IMG/VR virus record: IMGVR_UViG_2713896777_000002
Reading direction: 5' to 3' (one strand)
From: a virus
Taxonomy: Duplodnaviria; Heunggongvirae; Uroviricota; Caudoviricetes
Length of the DNA stretch: 11,792 nucleotides
Below the pieces are notes generated by a model, which saw only the letters and a program-made list of their open reading frames with translations, searched no databases and had not been told where the DNA came from. The number at the start of each line of letters is the position of its first letter. Within the stretch, counting starts at the first letter, position 1. Shown here in pieces: positions 1 to 11,774 of the stretch. A program made the translations under genes and the position numbers.

Positions 1-1338
1 ATCCTTTTTCGCCGCCGCCATCAGCGTGTTGTAATCCGCCTGCAGGATTTTCCCGTCTTTCAGTGCCTTGTTCAGTTCTTCCTGACGGGCGGTATATTTC
101 TCCAGCGGCGTCTGCAGCCGTTCGTAAGCCTTCTGCGCCTCTTCGGTATATTTCAGCCGTGACGCTTCGGTATCGCTCTGCTGCTGCGCATTTTTGTCCT
201 GTTGAGTCTGCTGCTCAGCCTTCTTTCGGGCGGCTTCAAGCGCAAGACGGGCCTTTTCACGATCATCCCAGTAACGCGCCCGCGCTTCATCGTTAACAAA
301 ATAATCATCCTTGCGCAGATTCCAGATGTCGTCTGCTTTCTTAAACGCAGCCTCTGCCTTAATCAGCATCTCCTGCGCGGTATCAGGACGACCAATATCC
401 AGCACCGCATCCCACATGGATTTGAAGGCCCGCGCAGTCCTGTCTGCCCAGGTCTCCAGCGTGCCCATGTTCTCTTTCAGGCGGCGGGTCTGGTCATCAA
501 ACCCTTTCGTTGCGGCCTCGTTCGCCGCCTGCAATGCCCCGGCTTCATCGCCGGAACGCTGCAACTGAGCAACATACGCAATCTGCTCCGCCGTCACGTT
601 ATGGAACTGGCGTGCCATCGCCGTCAGCCCCGACGTCGGGTCTGTGGTCAGCTTCCCGAAGGCTTCAGCGACCTTGTCCACCTCCACGCCGGATGCAGAG
701 GAGAAACGCGCCACACTCTGGCTGATGGACGCAATCTGAGCCTCACCGCTTACCCCCGCCTTAACCAGTGCGCTGAGTGACTCGCTGGTCTGGTTAAACG
801 TCAGCCCTGCCGCCTGCCCGGCTCTGGACAGGACCAGCATACGATCTGCCGTCAGTCCCGCCTGATTGCCGGAAAGGACCAGCGTTTTGTTGAAATCGGA
901 CAGGGTTGAGTTGCCCTGATACCAGGCATACGCCAGCGCACCGGTCGCCACCGCCAGCGAGGTGGCCCCCACCATCGGCAGGGTGATCGCACCGGCAAGC
1001 CCCCTGAACATGGGGATCATCCCGCCGAAGGAGTCCTTCACCTGCCCCCCCTGTTGCAGCAGGATCAGCCACGGACTTTGCCCGCCTGCAAGCTGCGTGG
1101 CCACGTCGGTGAACTGTGCAGGCAGCATACGCATGGCGGCTTTATACTGCCCGACGGAAATCCCCGCTTTCTGTGCAGCCAGCGCCTGTCGGCTCAGCGA
1201 CTGTTCAACGACTGCCGCTGTTTTTTTCGCATCACTTTCCGTACCGGAAAAATGACGCCTGACTCTGGCCATCTGCTCGTCAAATCTGGCCGCATCCAGA
1301 CTTAAATCAACGACCAGATCGCCTACCGGTTCAGCCAT
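1..1338 (-). CDS. H: Tail tape measure protein gpH, N-terminal 446 codons; the gene continues beyond the left edge of the window
   Basis: Minus-strand ATG at 1336-1338 sits 2 nt after the T stop (1331-1333). Translation begins MAEPVGD... and the reverse complement of 1-63 reads LKDGKILQADYNTLMAAAKKD, in frame with codon 1-3. Both match lambda gpH as I recall it. No stop before the window edge, so it is absent from the ORF track. Confidence 0.9.
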   Translation of the reverse strand, partial: MAEPVGDLVVDLSLDAARFDEQMARVRRHFSGTESDAKKTAAVVEQSLSRQALAAQKAGISVGQYKAAMRMLPAQFTDVATQLAGGQSPWLILLQQGGQVKDSFGGMIPMFRGLAGAITLPMVGATSLAVATGALAYAWYQGNSTLSDFNKTLVLSGNQAGLTADRMLVLSRAGQAAGLTFNQTSESLSALVKAGVSGEAQIASISQSVARFSSASGVEVDKVAEAFGKLTTDPTSGLTAMARQFHNVTAEQIAYVAQLQRSGDEAGALQAANEAATKGFDDQTRRLKENMGTLETWADRTARAFKSMWDAVLDIGRPDTAQEMLIKAEAAFKKADDIWNLRKDDYFVNDEARARYWDDREKARLALEAARKKAEQQTQQDKNAQQQSDTEASRLKYTEEAQKAYERLQTPLEKYTARQEELNKALKDGKILQADYNTLMAAAKKD

Positions 1339-2169
1339 ACCGGACTCCTCCTGCGATCCCTTCTGATACTGTCATCAGCATTACGTCATCCTCCGTCATG
1401 TCCGCCACATCCGGGGAAGCGGGGATAACTTCATTCCCGTCCGGGCCAAAGCGGACGCCTCCGGCAAGCCCTGCCGCTTTCTGCATCAGCACATCATCTT
1501 CAGGCTCTTCGTCAGCCTCACGCCGGTTCAGCAGACTGAAATCCAGCGGATGCATATCCGGATCGCTGAAAAACAGGCTGAGCACGGTGTACGTCAGCCC
1601 GGAAAAGTGCATATCCAGCAGAACATCATGAAAATAATGGGTACTGTAAAAGCGGTGCCAGTCGGCATACTCCGTGGATGACATCCCGGCAAGCATGGCA
1701 CGCCAGTCGGGTCGCCCCATCTCGCGCGCCAGTTTCAGGGCAAAACTCAGCTCACCGTCGAACACTTTCCCGCAGAAACAGGCTCTGCAGGCCCGGCGTC
1801 CTCTGCCTGTTCAGGGGCATCATTCACCACAAACTCATACATACCGGACAGCCGGTACACCACGTTTTCAGCATGAGAAATTGCCTCTGTGGGCCAGGTG
1901 GTAAGCACTTCCTGCTCAATCTGTTTAACGGCTTCATTCATGGAAGGCTGCTTTGTCTTCTGCGGATGGTTATGCCACAGGGACATCGCCACCACAAAAG
2001 CACCGGTTCTGATGGCGTCTTCCACTGTAAACTTCCGGTTGCTGTCTGACTCCGCCTGTTCTGCCTGCCGTTTCATCAGGGCGAGATGCTCAATACGCTG
2101 CAGGGCTGAAAGTTCAGAAAGCGTGACGGTCACGCCGTTATGTTCAAATGATTCGGTTTTCAGGAACAT
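1331..2169 (-). CDS. T: Tail assembly chaperone gpG-T, made by programmed -1 ribosomal frameshift from G into the T frame at the slippery site near 1765-1771
   Basis: The T-frame ORF (1331-1765, MFDGELSFALKLAREMGRPDWRAML...) overlaps the 3' end of G in the -1 frame and has no ribosome-binding context of its own. The heptamer GGGAAAG is present on the minus strand at 1765-1771, six codons before the G stop. This is the established lambda G/G-T arrangement. Confidence 0.85.
1747..2169 (-). CDS. G: Tail assembly chaperone gpG (140 aa)
   Basis: ORF-track translation MFLKTESFEHNGVTVTLSELSALQRIEHLALMKRQ... matches lambda gpG. ATG at 2167-2169, stop at 1747-1749. Position between V and T fits lambda order. 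Confidence 0.93.
   Translation of the reverse strand: MFLKTESFEHNGVTVTLSELSALQRIEHLALMKRQAEQAESDSNRKFTVEDAIRTGAFVVAMSLWHNHPQKTKQPSMNEAVKQIEQEVLTTWPTEAISHAENVVYRLSGMYEFVVNDAPEQAEDAGPAEPVSAGKCSTVS
1765..1771 (-). other. -1 programmed frameshift slippery heptamer G GGA AAG (G to G-T)
   Basis: Plus strand reads ctttccc at 1765-1771, which is GGGAAAG on the minus strand, inside the G/T overlap. Confidence 0.8.
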
Positions 2170-2184
2170 CGCTGACTCTCCGGA

Positions 2185-2925
2185 TTAACTGTCGGTGACA
2201 GTGATTTCTGCAACCGCAGCAAGTTCACCATTACCGGATACGACCGGAATGTTGACCTTGCCTGCAGCAACACCTTTCACGGTGATGGTCATACCACTGA
2301 CCGACACGGTGGCTTTTGTTTTATCCGCAGACACCGCACGGAAGCTCTTGTCGGTTGCGCCTTCCGGCTGGAATGCCACGGTCAGCGTGGTGCTCTGCCC
2401 TTTCACCACCGAGGTGCTGGCAGGCGTCACGGTCATGCCGGTTGCCGCTGTGACCGTGCTGCGATCTTCTGCCATCGACGGGCGTCCCACATTGGTGACC
2501 TTCACCGTGCGGGTGATCACTTCCTTCGCCGTCACCGCTTTACCGATACTGCTGACCCAGCCACGGAACACATCGACCGTGCCGTTCGGGAAGCGGATTT
2601 TATAGGCACGGGTATCACCTTCATTAAACCACGCCAGCAGCGCCTGCTGCCCCTGCTCTCCGGGCATCCACGCCAGCGTGAAGCTGGTATCTCCGGCTGA
2701 TTTCTGCCCCTGCCCGGTCGCAGTCCAGTCCGCATCTTCATCATCGAGATAGCTGTCGTCATAGGACTCAGCGGTCAGTTCGCCGGGCGTCAGGTCTTTA
2801 ACTTTTGCCAGACGCGACCAGTCAACGTCTGAAAGCGGATTCGCATAAGGGTCACCGCTCCCCTTATAAACCCACAGGGTGGTCCCGGCACCTTTCACCG
2901 GCATTACAGGATTTGGTACAGGCAT
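2185..2925 (-). CDS. V: Major tail tube protein gpV (246 aa)
   Basis: Translation from the ATG at 2923-2925 is [31 protein letters not shown]..., matching lambda gpV. A GAGGA Shine-Dalgarno lies upstream. The ORF-track start at 2955 is an upstream in-frame extension overlapping U and is unlikely to be used. Confidence 0.92.
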   Translation of the reverse strand: MPVPNPVMPVKGAGTTLWVYKGSGDPYANPLSDVDWSRLAKVKDLTPGELTAESYDDSYLDDEDADWTATGQGQKSAGDTSFTLAWMPGEQGQQALLAWFNEGDTRAYKIRFPNGTVDVFRGWVSSIGKAVTAKEVITRTVKVTNVGRPSMAEDRSTVTAATGMTVTPASTSVVKGQSTTLTVAFQPEGATDKSFRAVSADKTKATVSVSGMTITVKGVAAGKVNIPVVSGNGELAAVAEITVTDS

Positions 2926-2932
2926 AGCGTCC

Positions 2933-3328
2933 TCACATTTCATAGGTAATGACATAAGTCAGATCGGCTGAACTCCACAGGCCCGCATCATCGTCGCGTC
3001 GGTAGTCATAGCCACTGGCCACCATACTGGTGATCAACTCTGACAGTGCCGGGATATCGCTCATCACCGGATAAATCCGGGACTCCATCCACGCATCCAG
3101 CTCTGAATCCGGCACCTGAGCAGGCAGGAAAACTTCNATATGCAGCTCCGCCTGCCAGGTATCGCTGTCCAGCTCTTCGCCCGTGTATTCAGCGCCGGTG
3201 AGATAAACGGCAACTGCCGGAAAATCCGCCTCATCAAAAACAGCGGGGCGACCATCAAAAAACGTCGCCCCGGTGTCATGCTTCTCCAGTGCATCCAGTA
3301 CGGCTGCACGGAGTTCAGTATGTTTCAT
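2933..3328 (-). CDS. U: Tail terminator protein gpU (131 aa)
   Basis: Translation [33 protein letters not shown]... matches lambda gpU. ATG at 3326-3328 overlaps the Z stop in an ATGA arrangement. One codon is X because of the ambiguous base at 3137. Confidence 0.92.
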   Translation of the reverse strand: MKHTELRAAVLDALEKHDTGATFFDGRPAVFDEADFPAVAVYLTGAEYTGEELDSDTWQAELHXEVFLPAQVPDSELDAWMESRIYPVMSDIPALSELITSMVASGYDYRRDDDAGLWSSADLTYVITYEM

Positions 3329-3781
3329 CGCTTTATTACCATCCTCAGTTGATGCTGCAGCGCATAGCCCAGCTCTTTCGGAAGACGTTCACGCCGTATC
3401 CGCTCAATATTTTGTTTAAACGCCGTGGTCAGCGGCACCGCCATCGGGATTTTCACCACATCAATGGGGTAACGGTTTTTCCCGGCCACACGCTGCATNA
3501 CATGCCACCGNCCATTTTTCAGTTGCTGAATAAACGCGCCGGGAATACGACGGTTNCCCACCACAAGCACGCTGCCGCCACCTTTCAGGGATGAACGCTG
3601 CCCCTTTTTACGACGCCTGCGTCGGGACAGGACAACCCGCGCATTCCCCAGCTTGATTACGGGCAAATCCCCCCGGTTAACCTTGATTCTGGCCTGCGGA
3701 TTTTTAACCGTGGCCCTTTTCAGCCTGGCCCTTTCCTTTACCAGTTTCCGGCGTACCTTTGTCTCACGGGCAACCTGTGAC
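3325..3781 (-). CDS. Z: Tail completion protein gpZ, C-terminal portion only; the 5' end is lost in the N gap
   Basis: Translation immediately after the gap reads SQVARETKVRRKLVKERARLKRATVKNPQARIKVNRGDLPVIKLGNARVV...LRMVIKR, matching about residues 42-192 of lambda gpZ. Stop at 3325-3327. Three X residues come from ambiguous bases at 3499, 3511 and 3556. Confidence 0.88.
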
Positions 3782-3847
3782 NNNNNNNNNNNNNNNNNNN
3801 NNNNNNNNNNNNNNNNNNNNNNNNNNNNNNNNNNNNNNNNNNNNNNN
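3782..3847. other. Assembly gap: run of 66 N
   Basis: Directly visible as 66 consecutive n characters. Flanked by FII sequence on the high-coordinate side and Z sequence on the low-coordinate side. Confidence 1.
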
Positions 3848-4167
3848 CGCCCAAGCCAGAGATGACAGCTTCCGCCATCATCCGGCGAAATCCGGTCTAT
3901 CCAGAAGTTTTCCTCACCGATGGTCAGCGTGTCTCCACGCCGCAGCTGCCGCACATCATCAGTCCGGACAAACAGGGACGGGCTGGAGCCTTCAACGCGC
4001 ACGCCCTGTCCGGCATAGCTGATATTTTCAGGGTCATCAAAAACACCACGTATCACAGCACCGGACTGCTCACCGGATGTCATGGTGGCTGACGTTCCCA
4101 TGTACCCGCGTATCGTTTCATCGGCGCAGGCAATGGCAGCATCGAACAGGTTATCGAAATCAGCCAC
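3848..4167 (-). CDS. FII: Head-tail connector protein gpFII, N-terminal about 106 codons; the 3' end is lost in the N gap
   Basis: Translation MADFDNLFDAAIACADETIRGYMGTSATMTSGEQSGAVIRGVFDDPENISYAGQGVRVEGSS...SCHLWLG matches lambda gpFII. The start codon is GTG (plus strand cac at 4165-4167), preceded by GGGAGG. Confidence 0.88.
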
Positions 4168-4178
4168 AGCGCCTCCCG

Positions 4179-4574
4179 TTATTGCATTCTGGCCAGGCCA
4201 CGTTCTGTCATTTCGGCTGCCACACCGGCAGAGACACGAAACGCCGTTCCCGGCAGCACAAATGCCACAGGTTCATCCCGCGTGGCGTGAAGTGCATCGG
4301 TATGCAGCGTCACCAGTGCCACAACCGTGACCAGAGCAGCCGTATCAGTCACGGTATCCGTCTGTGCTGATACCACCTCATTTTCATGTCCGGTCAGCGC
4401 ATTTTCCGGGCTGACAGACGTGTCCTGACCGGCTGCGTCATCCGTGTCATCAAGCTCCTCTTCCAGCTCTGCCACACGGAGCGCCAGTTCTTCTTTCGTC
4501 CCCGTCAGGCTGACATCACGGTTCAGTTGTTCACCCAGCGAGCGGAGACGGGCAATCAGTTCATCTTTCGTCAT
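4179..4574 (-). CDS. FI: DNA packaging / head completion protein gpFI (131 aa here)
   Basis: Translation from the ATG at 4572-4574 is MTKDELIARLRSLGEQLNRDVSLTGTKEELALRVAEL..., with C-terminus ...HATRDEPVAFVLPGTAFRVSAGVAAEMTERGLARMQ, matching lambda gpFI. The ORF-track start at 4613 is an upstream extension. The central acidic segment looks divergent and one codon shorter than I recall for lambda. Confidence 0.88.
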   Translation of the reverse strand: MTKDELIARLRSLGEQLNRDVSLTGTKEELALRVAELEEELDDTDDAAGQDTSVSPENALTGHENEVVSAQTDTVTDTAALVTVVALVTLHTDALHATRDEPVAFVLPGTAFRVSAGVAAEMTERGLARMQ

Positions 4575-4615
4575 GGACTCATCCACAGAGAAACAATGGC
4601 CCCGAAGGGCCATGA

Positions 4616-5641
4616 TTACGCCAGTTGTACAGACACGAACTCATCAGGGTCAGCCAGCAGCATCAGCGGTGCTGACTGAATCATGGTGAACTCTCGCGCC
4701 GGATCGCCGGTAGTCACCCAGTTTTTCGGGTAACGGGCAGAGGCGTTAATGCCTTCGCGCTGTGCGTCCGCATCCTGAATACAGCCATAGGTACGCAGAC
4801 CGCGTGCCTGAGTGTTCCCCAGCACCATCGTGTTGTCCGGCAGGAAGTTCTTTTTGACGCCGTTTTCCACGTACTGTCCGGAATACACGACGATGGCCAC
4901 ATCGCCATACATTCCCTTATAAGACACCGCTTTGCCCAGGTCTTTTACCGCTGTCTCCAGCTCGGAATGAGAGCCGCGACGGGTATCCAGCTTATCCCTG
5001 ACGGCTTTGAAGGAACGGAACAGCGCCCATCCTTTCGGATCAAACACGATGATATTCACCACGCCGCTGGCGTTCAGCGCGTAGGCTTCGATATCGTCGG
5101 TCGGGTCATACGTGGACTTGTCACGCTTGCTCCACTCCGTGCCACCGGACTGTGTGATGTTGTTTGCCGCACTGCGGCCCATATCCACCTCAACCGGATC
5201 AAAGGCTTCACCGGTCATGGTGTATTTGCCCTTAAGCACGGCAGAAACTGCCTGCATCTCTTCGACCTGAGCAATGGCCAGCTCTTCGTCTCGCATGTTC
5301 TGCAGGATGATGCGACGGCGGCGGTAAGCCGGGTCCGCCAGATTCTGTGGATCTTCATCCGGCAGGCGACGCAGGGTCATCTGCGGATTCACTTCATGCT
5401 TGGGTTTGACATATCCCGGCGTAAATTCAGAGGTGGAGCCGCCACGGGAGCGGATAACCTCACCGGAAACAATCGGCGAAACGTACAGCGCCATGTTTAC
5501 CAGTCCCGGAATTTGTGAGAGATAGACTTTCTCCGTGGTGAAGGGATAGCTCTCACGGAAAAAGAGACGCAGAAACAGCGGATCAAACTTAAATTTCTGC
5601 TCATTTGCCGCCAGCAGCTGGGCGGTTGTGTACATCGACAT
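4616..5641 (-). CDS. E: Major capsid protein gpE (341 aa)
   Basis: Translation from the ATG at 5639-5641 is MSMYTTAQLLAANEQKFKFDPLFLRLFFRESYPFTTEKVYLSQIPGLVNMALYVSPIVSG..., matching lambda gpE. The 9-codon upstream extension in the ORF track runs into the intergenic hairpin and is unlikely to be real. Confidence 0.93.
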   Translation of the reverse strand: MSMYTTAQLLAANEQKFKFDPLFLRLFFRESYPFTTEKVYLSQIPGLVNMALYVSPIVSGEVIRSRGGSTSEFTPGYVKPKHEVNPQMTLRRLPDEDPQNLADPAYRRRRIILQNMRDEELAIAQVEEMQAVSAVLKGKYTMTGEAFDPVEVDMGRSAANNITQSGGTEWSKRDKSTYDPTDDIEAYALNASGVVNIIVFDPKGWALFRSFKAVRDKLDTRRGSHSELETAVKDLGKAVSYKGMYGDVAIVVYSGQYVENGVKKNFLPDNTMVLGNTQARGLRTYGCIQDADAQREGINASARYPKNWVTTGDPAREFTMIQSAPLMLLADPDEFVSVQLA

Positions 5642-5654
5642 AAAAAAATCCCGT

Positions 5655-5676
5655 AAAAAAAGCCGCACAGGCGGCC
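5655..5676 (-). terminator. Stem-loop (GCCGC-CTGT-GCGGC) followed by a T7 run on the coding strand, between the D stop and the E start; possible partial intrinsic terminator or RNA structure
   Basis: Plus strand 5655-5675 is aaaaaaa gccgc acag gcggc. On the minus-strand transcript this gives GCCGCCUGUGCGGC followed by UUUUUUU, then ACGGGAUUUUUUU and the E start codon. Confidence 0.4.
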
Positions 5677-5696
5677 TTTAGTGATGAAGGGTAAGG

Positions 5697-6029
5697 TTAA
5701 ACGATGCTGATTGCCGTTCCGGCAAACGCGGTCCGTTTTTTCGTCTCATCGCTGGCAGCCTCCGGCCAGAGCACATCCTCATAACGGAACGTGCCGGACT
5801 TGTAGAACGTCAGCGTGGTGCTGGTCTGGTCAGCAGCAACCGCCAGAATGCCAACGGCAGCACCGTCGGTGGTGCCATCCCACGCAACCAGCTTACGGGT
5901 GGCGGTGTCCAGCATCAGCGGGGTCATTGCAGACGCTTTCGCACTCAATCCGCCGGGCGCGGTTGCGGTATGAGCCGGGTCACTGTTGCCCAGCGGCTGG
6001 TAATGGGTAAAGGTTTCTTTGCTCGTCAT
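5697..6029 (-). CDS. D: Capsid decoration protein gpD (110 aa)
   Basis: Translation from the ATG at 6027-6029 is [110 protein letters not shown], matching lambda gpD apart from about four positions as I recall the reference. An AAGGGA Shine-Dalgarno is at suitable spacing. Confidence 0.93.
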   Translation of the reverse strand: MTSKETFTHYQPLGNSDPAHTATAPGGLSAKASAMTPLMLDTATRKLVAWDGTTDGAAVGILAVAADQTSTTLTFYKSGTFRYEDVLWPEAASDETKKRTAFAGTAISIV

Positions 6030-6038
6030 AAACATCCC

Positions 6039-6644
6039 TTACACTGGTGTGTTCAGCAAATCGTTAACGGCATCAGATGCCGGGTTACCTGCAGCCAGCG
6101 GTGCCGGTGCCCCCTGCATCAGACGATCCAGCGCAGTATCACTGCGCGCCTGTGCACTCTGTGGTGCTGCGGCCAGAATGCGGCGGGCCGTTTCCACGGT
6201 CATACCGGGGGTTTCTGCCAGCACGCGTGCCTGTTCTTCGCGTCCGTGAGCCTCCTCACAGTTGAGGATCCCCATAATGCGGCTGTTTTCTGCCGCAACC
6301 GCTGCGGTGATCTGCGCGTTCACGTCCGGCTGCGCCGCGCTGGCGTTTTCGCCCTCCGTCGCTGGCACCACGTCAGTAACGTCAGCCTGCGAAGCAGTGG
6401 CTGAAACAGTTGTTGATTGAGTCTCTTTGGTCATTCGCCCTCCTGAGAGACGGGATTTACGTGCATCCAGTGCATCACGCATGACGGTGATCGCATCGGT
6501 GCTGTTAACAAGTTCATCAGCCAGTCCGGCATCAATGGCCTCCTGACCGCTGTACACTGCAGCCTCGGTATCCAGCACAGCCTGCACGGACAGGCCGGTA
6601 TATGCCGACACCTTCTGCGCAAACATCCGGCGGGTTGCATCCAT
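6039..6644 (-). CDS. Nu3: Capsid scaffolding protein Nu3 (201 aa), encoded in frame within the 3' part of C
   Basis: Internal ATG at 6642-6644 is in the C reading frame. Translation MDATRRMFAQKVSAYTGLSVQAVLDTEAAVYSGQEAIDAGLADELVNSTDAITVMRDALDARKSRLSGGRMTKETQ...DLLNTPV is 201 aa and shares the C stop at 6039-6041. This matches the lambda C/Nu3 nesting. Confidence 0.85.
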   Translation of the reverse strand: MDATRRMFAQKVSAYTGLSVQAVLDTEAAVYSGQEAIDAGLADELVNSTDAITVMRDALDARKSRLSGGRMTKETQSTTVSATASQADVTDVVPATEGENASAAQPDVNAQITAAVAAENSRIMGILNCEEAHGREEQARVLAETPGMTVETARRILAAAPQSAQARSDTALDRLMQGAPAPLAAGNPASDAVNDLLNTPV

Positions 6645-7338
6645 CCGGGACTGCAGTGTTTCCCGGACATCACCCGGTAGATGGCTGTAGGGGTTGCCAT
6701 CCACCTTATGGCTGCCGCTGTAAATCAGCGTGATTTCCACGCCCTGTTTCTCCAGGGCAGCACCGTAATTACTGTGAGCCATCATGACGCCGATGGAGCC
6801 TGTCCGGGCGGTCTGCGTGACCAGACGCCGGGAGGCGGCGCTGGCAAGCAGCTGACCTGCACTGCAGTTCATGTCGTTGGCCAGCGCCCATACCGGTTTT
6901 ATGTCACGCACACGGGCGATGATGTCAGCACAGTCAAATGCTCCCGCCACCATTCCGCCCGGTGTGTCCATATCGAGCAGAATGCCGTCCACCATCGGGT
7001 CGCTGGCAGCCTGTTGCAGACGGGCGATAATGCCGTTGTAACCGGTCATCCCCGAATACGGCTGCAGCGCCCGCGTCCGGCTGACCAGCGTACCGGACAC
7101 CGGCAGCACGGCGATGCCGTTCATGACCTGATAACTCCGGGCCTGTCGTGGTCCGTCATCATCACCGGATAACGCCAGCGCCGCGGGTGCCTCTCCGGCA
7201 GTCAGGCTGTCGCCGGATACTGCATCCGTCAGGCGGCTGATCCCAAGCTGGCCTGCAAGCGCACAAAAGAAAACCCGCGCATAGGCGGGTTCAAGCATCA
7301 GCGGCTCATTAAAAGCCATGCTGGCAATATGCGGGAGA

Positions 7339-7358
<20 letters not shown>
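6039..7358 (-). CDS. C: Capsid assembly protease / minor capsid protein gpC (439 aa), ClpP/SppA-like serine peptidase fold
   Basis: Translation (V/M)TAELRNLPHIASMAFNEPLMLEPAYARVFFCALAGQLGIS... matches lambda gpC. GTG start at 7356-7358, preceded by AGGAGG at suitable spacing. The start overlaps the B 3' end by 20 nt. The ORF-track 484-aa version is an in-frame upstream extension. Confidence 0.9.
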
Positions 7359-11039
<3,681 letters not shown>

Positions 11040-11065
<26 letters not shown>

Positions 11066-11585
11066 TCAGCAACCCCGGTATCAGTTCATCCAGCGCGGCT
11101 GCTTTGTTCATGGCTTTGATGATATCCCGTTTCAGGAAATCAACATGTCGGTTTTCCAGTTCCGGAAAACGCCGCTGCACCGACAGGGGGATCCCGTCGA
11201 GAATACTGGCAATTTCACCTGCGATCCGCGACAGCACGAAAGTACAGAATGCGGTTTCCACCACTTCAGCGGAGTCTCTGGCATTTTTCAGCTCCTGTGC
11301 GTCGGCCTGCGCACGCGTAAGTCGATGGCGTTCGTACTCAATAGTCCCTGGCTGGAGATCTGTCTCGCTGGCCTGCCGCAGTTCTTCAACTTCCCGGCGC
11401 AGCTTTTCGTTCTCAATTTCAGCATCCCTTTCGGCATACCATTTTATGACGGCGGCAGAGTCATAAAGCACCTCATTACCCTTGCCACCGCCTCGCAGAA
11501 CGGGCATTCCCTGTTCCTGCCAGTTCTGAATGGTACGGATACTCGCACCGAAAATGTCAGCCAGCTGCTTTTTGTTGACTTCCAT
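11040..11585 (-). CDS. Nu1: Terminase small subunit gpNu1 (181 aa)
   Basis: Translation MEVNKKQLADIFGASIRTIQNWQEQGMPVLRGGGKGNEVLYDSAAVIKWYAERDAEIENEKLRREVEELRQASE... matches lambda gpNu1, which has an N-terminal winged-HTH DNA-binding domain. ATG at 11583-11585, stop at 11040-11042. Confidence 0.95.
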
Positions 11586-11611
11586 TGTTCATTCCACGGA
11601 CAAAAACAGAG

Positions 11612-11726
11612 AAAGGAAACGACAGAGGCCAAAAAGCTCGTTTTCAGCACCTGTCGTTTCCTTTCTTTTCAGAGGGTGTTTTAAATAAAAACATTAAGTT
11701 ACGACGAAGAAGAACGGAAACGCCTT
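11612..11726. promoter_or_regulatory. cosB terminase-binding region: three R elements (R1 11615-11625, R2 11651-11661, R3 11715-11724) and an AT-rich presumptive IHF site (about 11676-11705)
   Basis: R1 (ggaaacgacag) and R2 (ctgtcgtttcc) are perfect 11-bp inverted repeats. R3 (cggaaacgcc) shares the CGTTTCC core in R1 orientation. An AT-rich stretch (ttaaataaaaacattaagtt) lies between R3 and R2. Order and orientation relative to Nu1 and cosN match lambda cosB. Confidence 0.8.
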
Positions 11727-11762
11727 AAACCGGAAAATTTTCATAAATAGCGAAAACCCGCG

Positions 11763-11774
11763 AGGTCGCCGCCC
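11763..11774. other. cosN: the 12-bp cohesive-end sequence (reverse complement of GGGCGGCGACCT), present here in joined form
   Basis: Plus strand 11763-11774 is aggtcgccgccc. The reverse complement of 11751-11792 reads gcgatccgacaggttacg|gggcggcgacctcgcgggttttcg, i.e. lambda right end joined to lambda left end as I recall them. Confidence 0.85.

Noticed and set aside
202-780. Plus-strand 192-aa ORF (and neighbouring plus-strand ORFs 63-296, 311-568, 510-725, 962-1255, 1054-1305)
   Set aside because: They lie antisense to the gpH coding sequence, which is confidently identified on the minus strand. The translations are Arg/Pro/Cys-rich and low-complexity, typical of spurious antisense ORFs in GC-rich DNA. 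Lambda has no genes on this strand here.
794-1072. Minus-strand 92-aa ORF
   Set aside because: It is out of frame with, and entirely inside, the gpH reading frame (1-1338, minus). It has a Gly/Ala/Arg-rich composition and is an alternative-frame artefact.
1221-1228. Homopolymeric T run inside H (A-run on the coding strand)
   Set aside because: Short homopolymer within an intact reading frame that continues to match gpH on both sides. No evidence of slippage or a frameshift.
3325-4167. 280-aa minus-strand ORF spanning the N run
   Set aside because: It is a chimera of gpFII (N-terminal) and gpZ (C-terminal) joined through 66 N. In lambda these genes are in different frames separated by a spacer, so the fusion is created by the gap placeholder length.
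4967-5518. Plus-strand 183-aa ORF
   Set aside because: Antisense to the major capsid gene E, with no recognisable protein features. Spurious.
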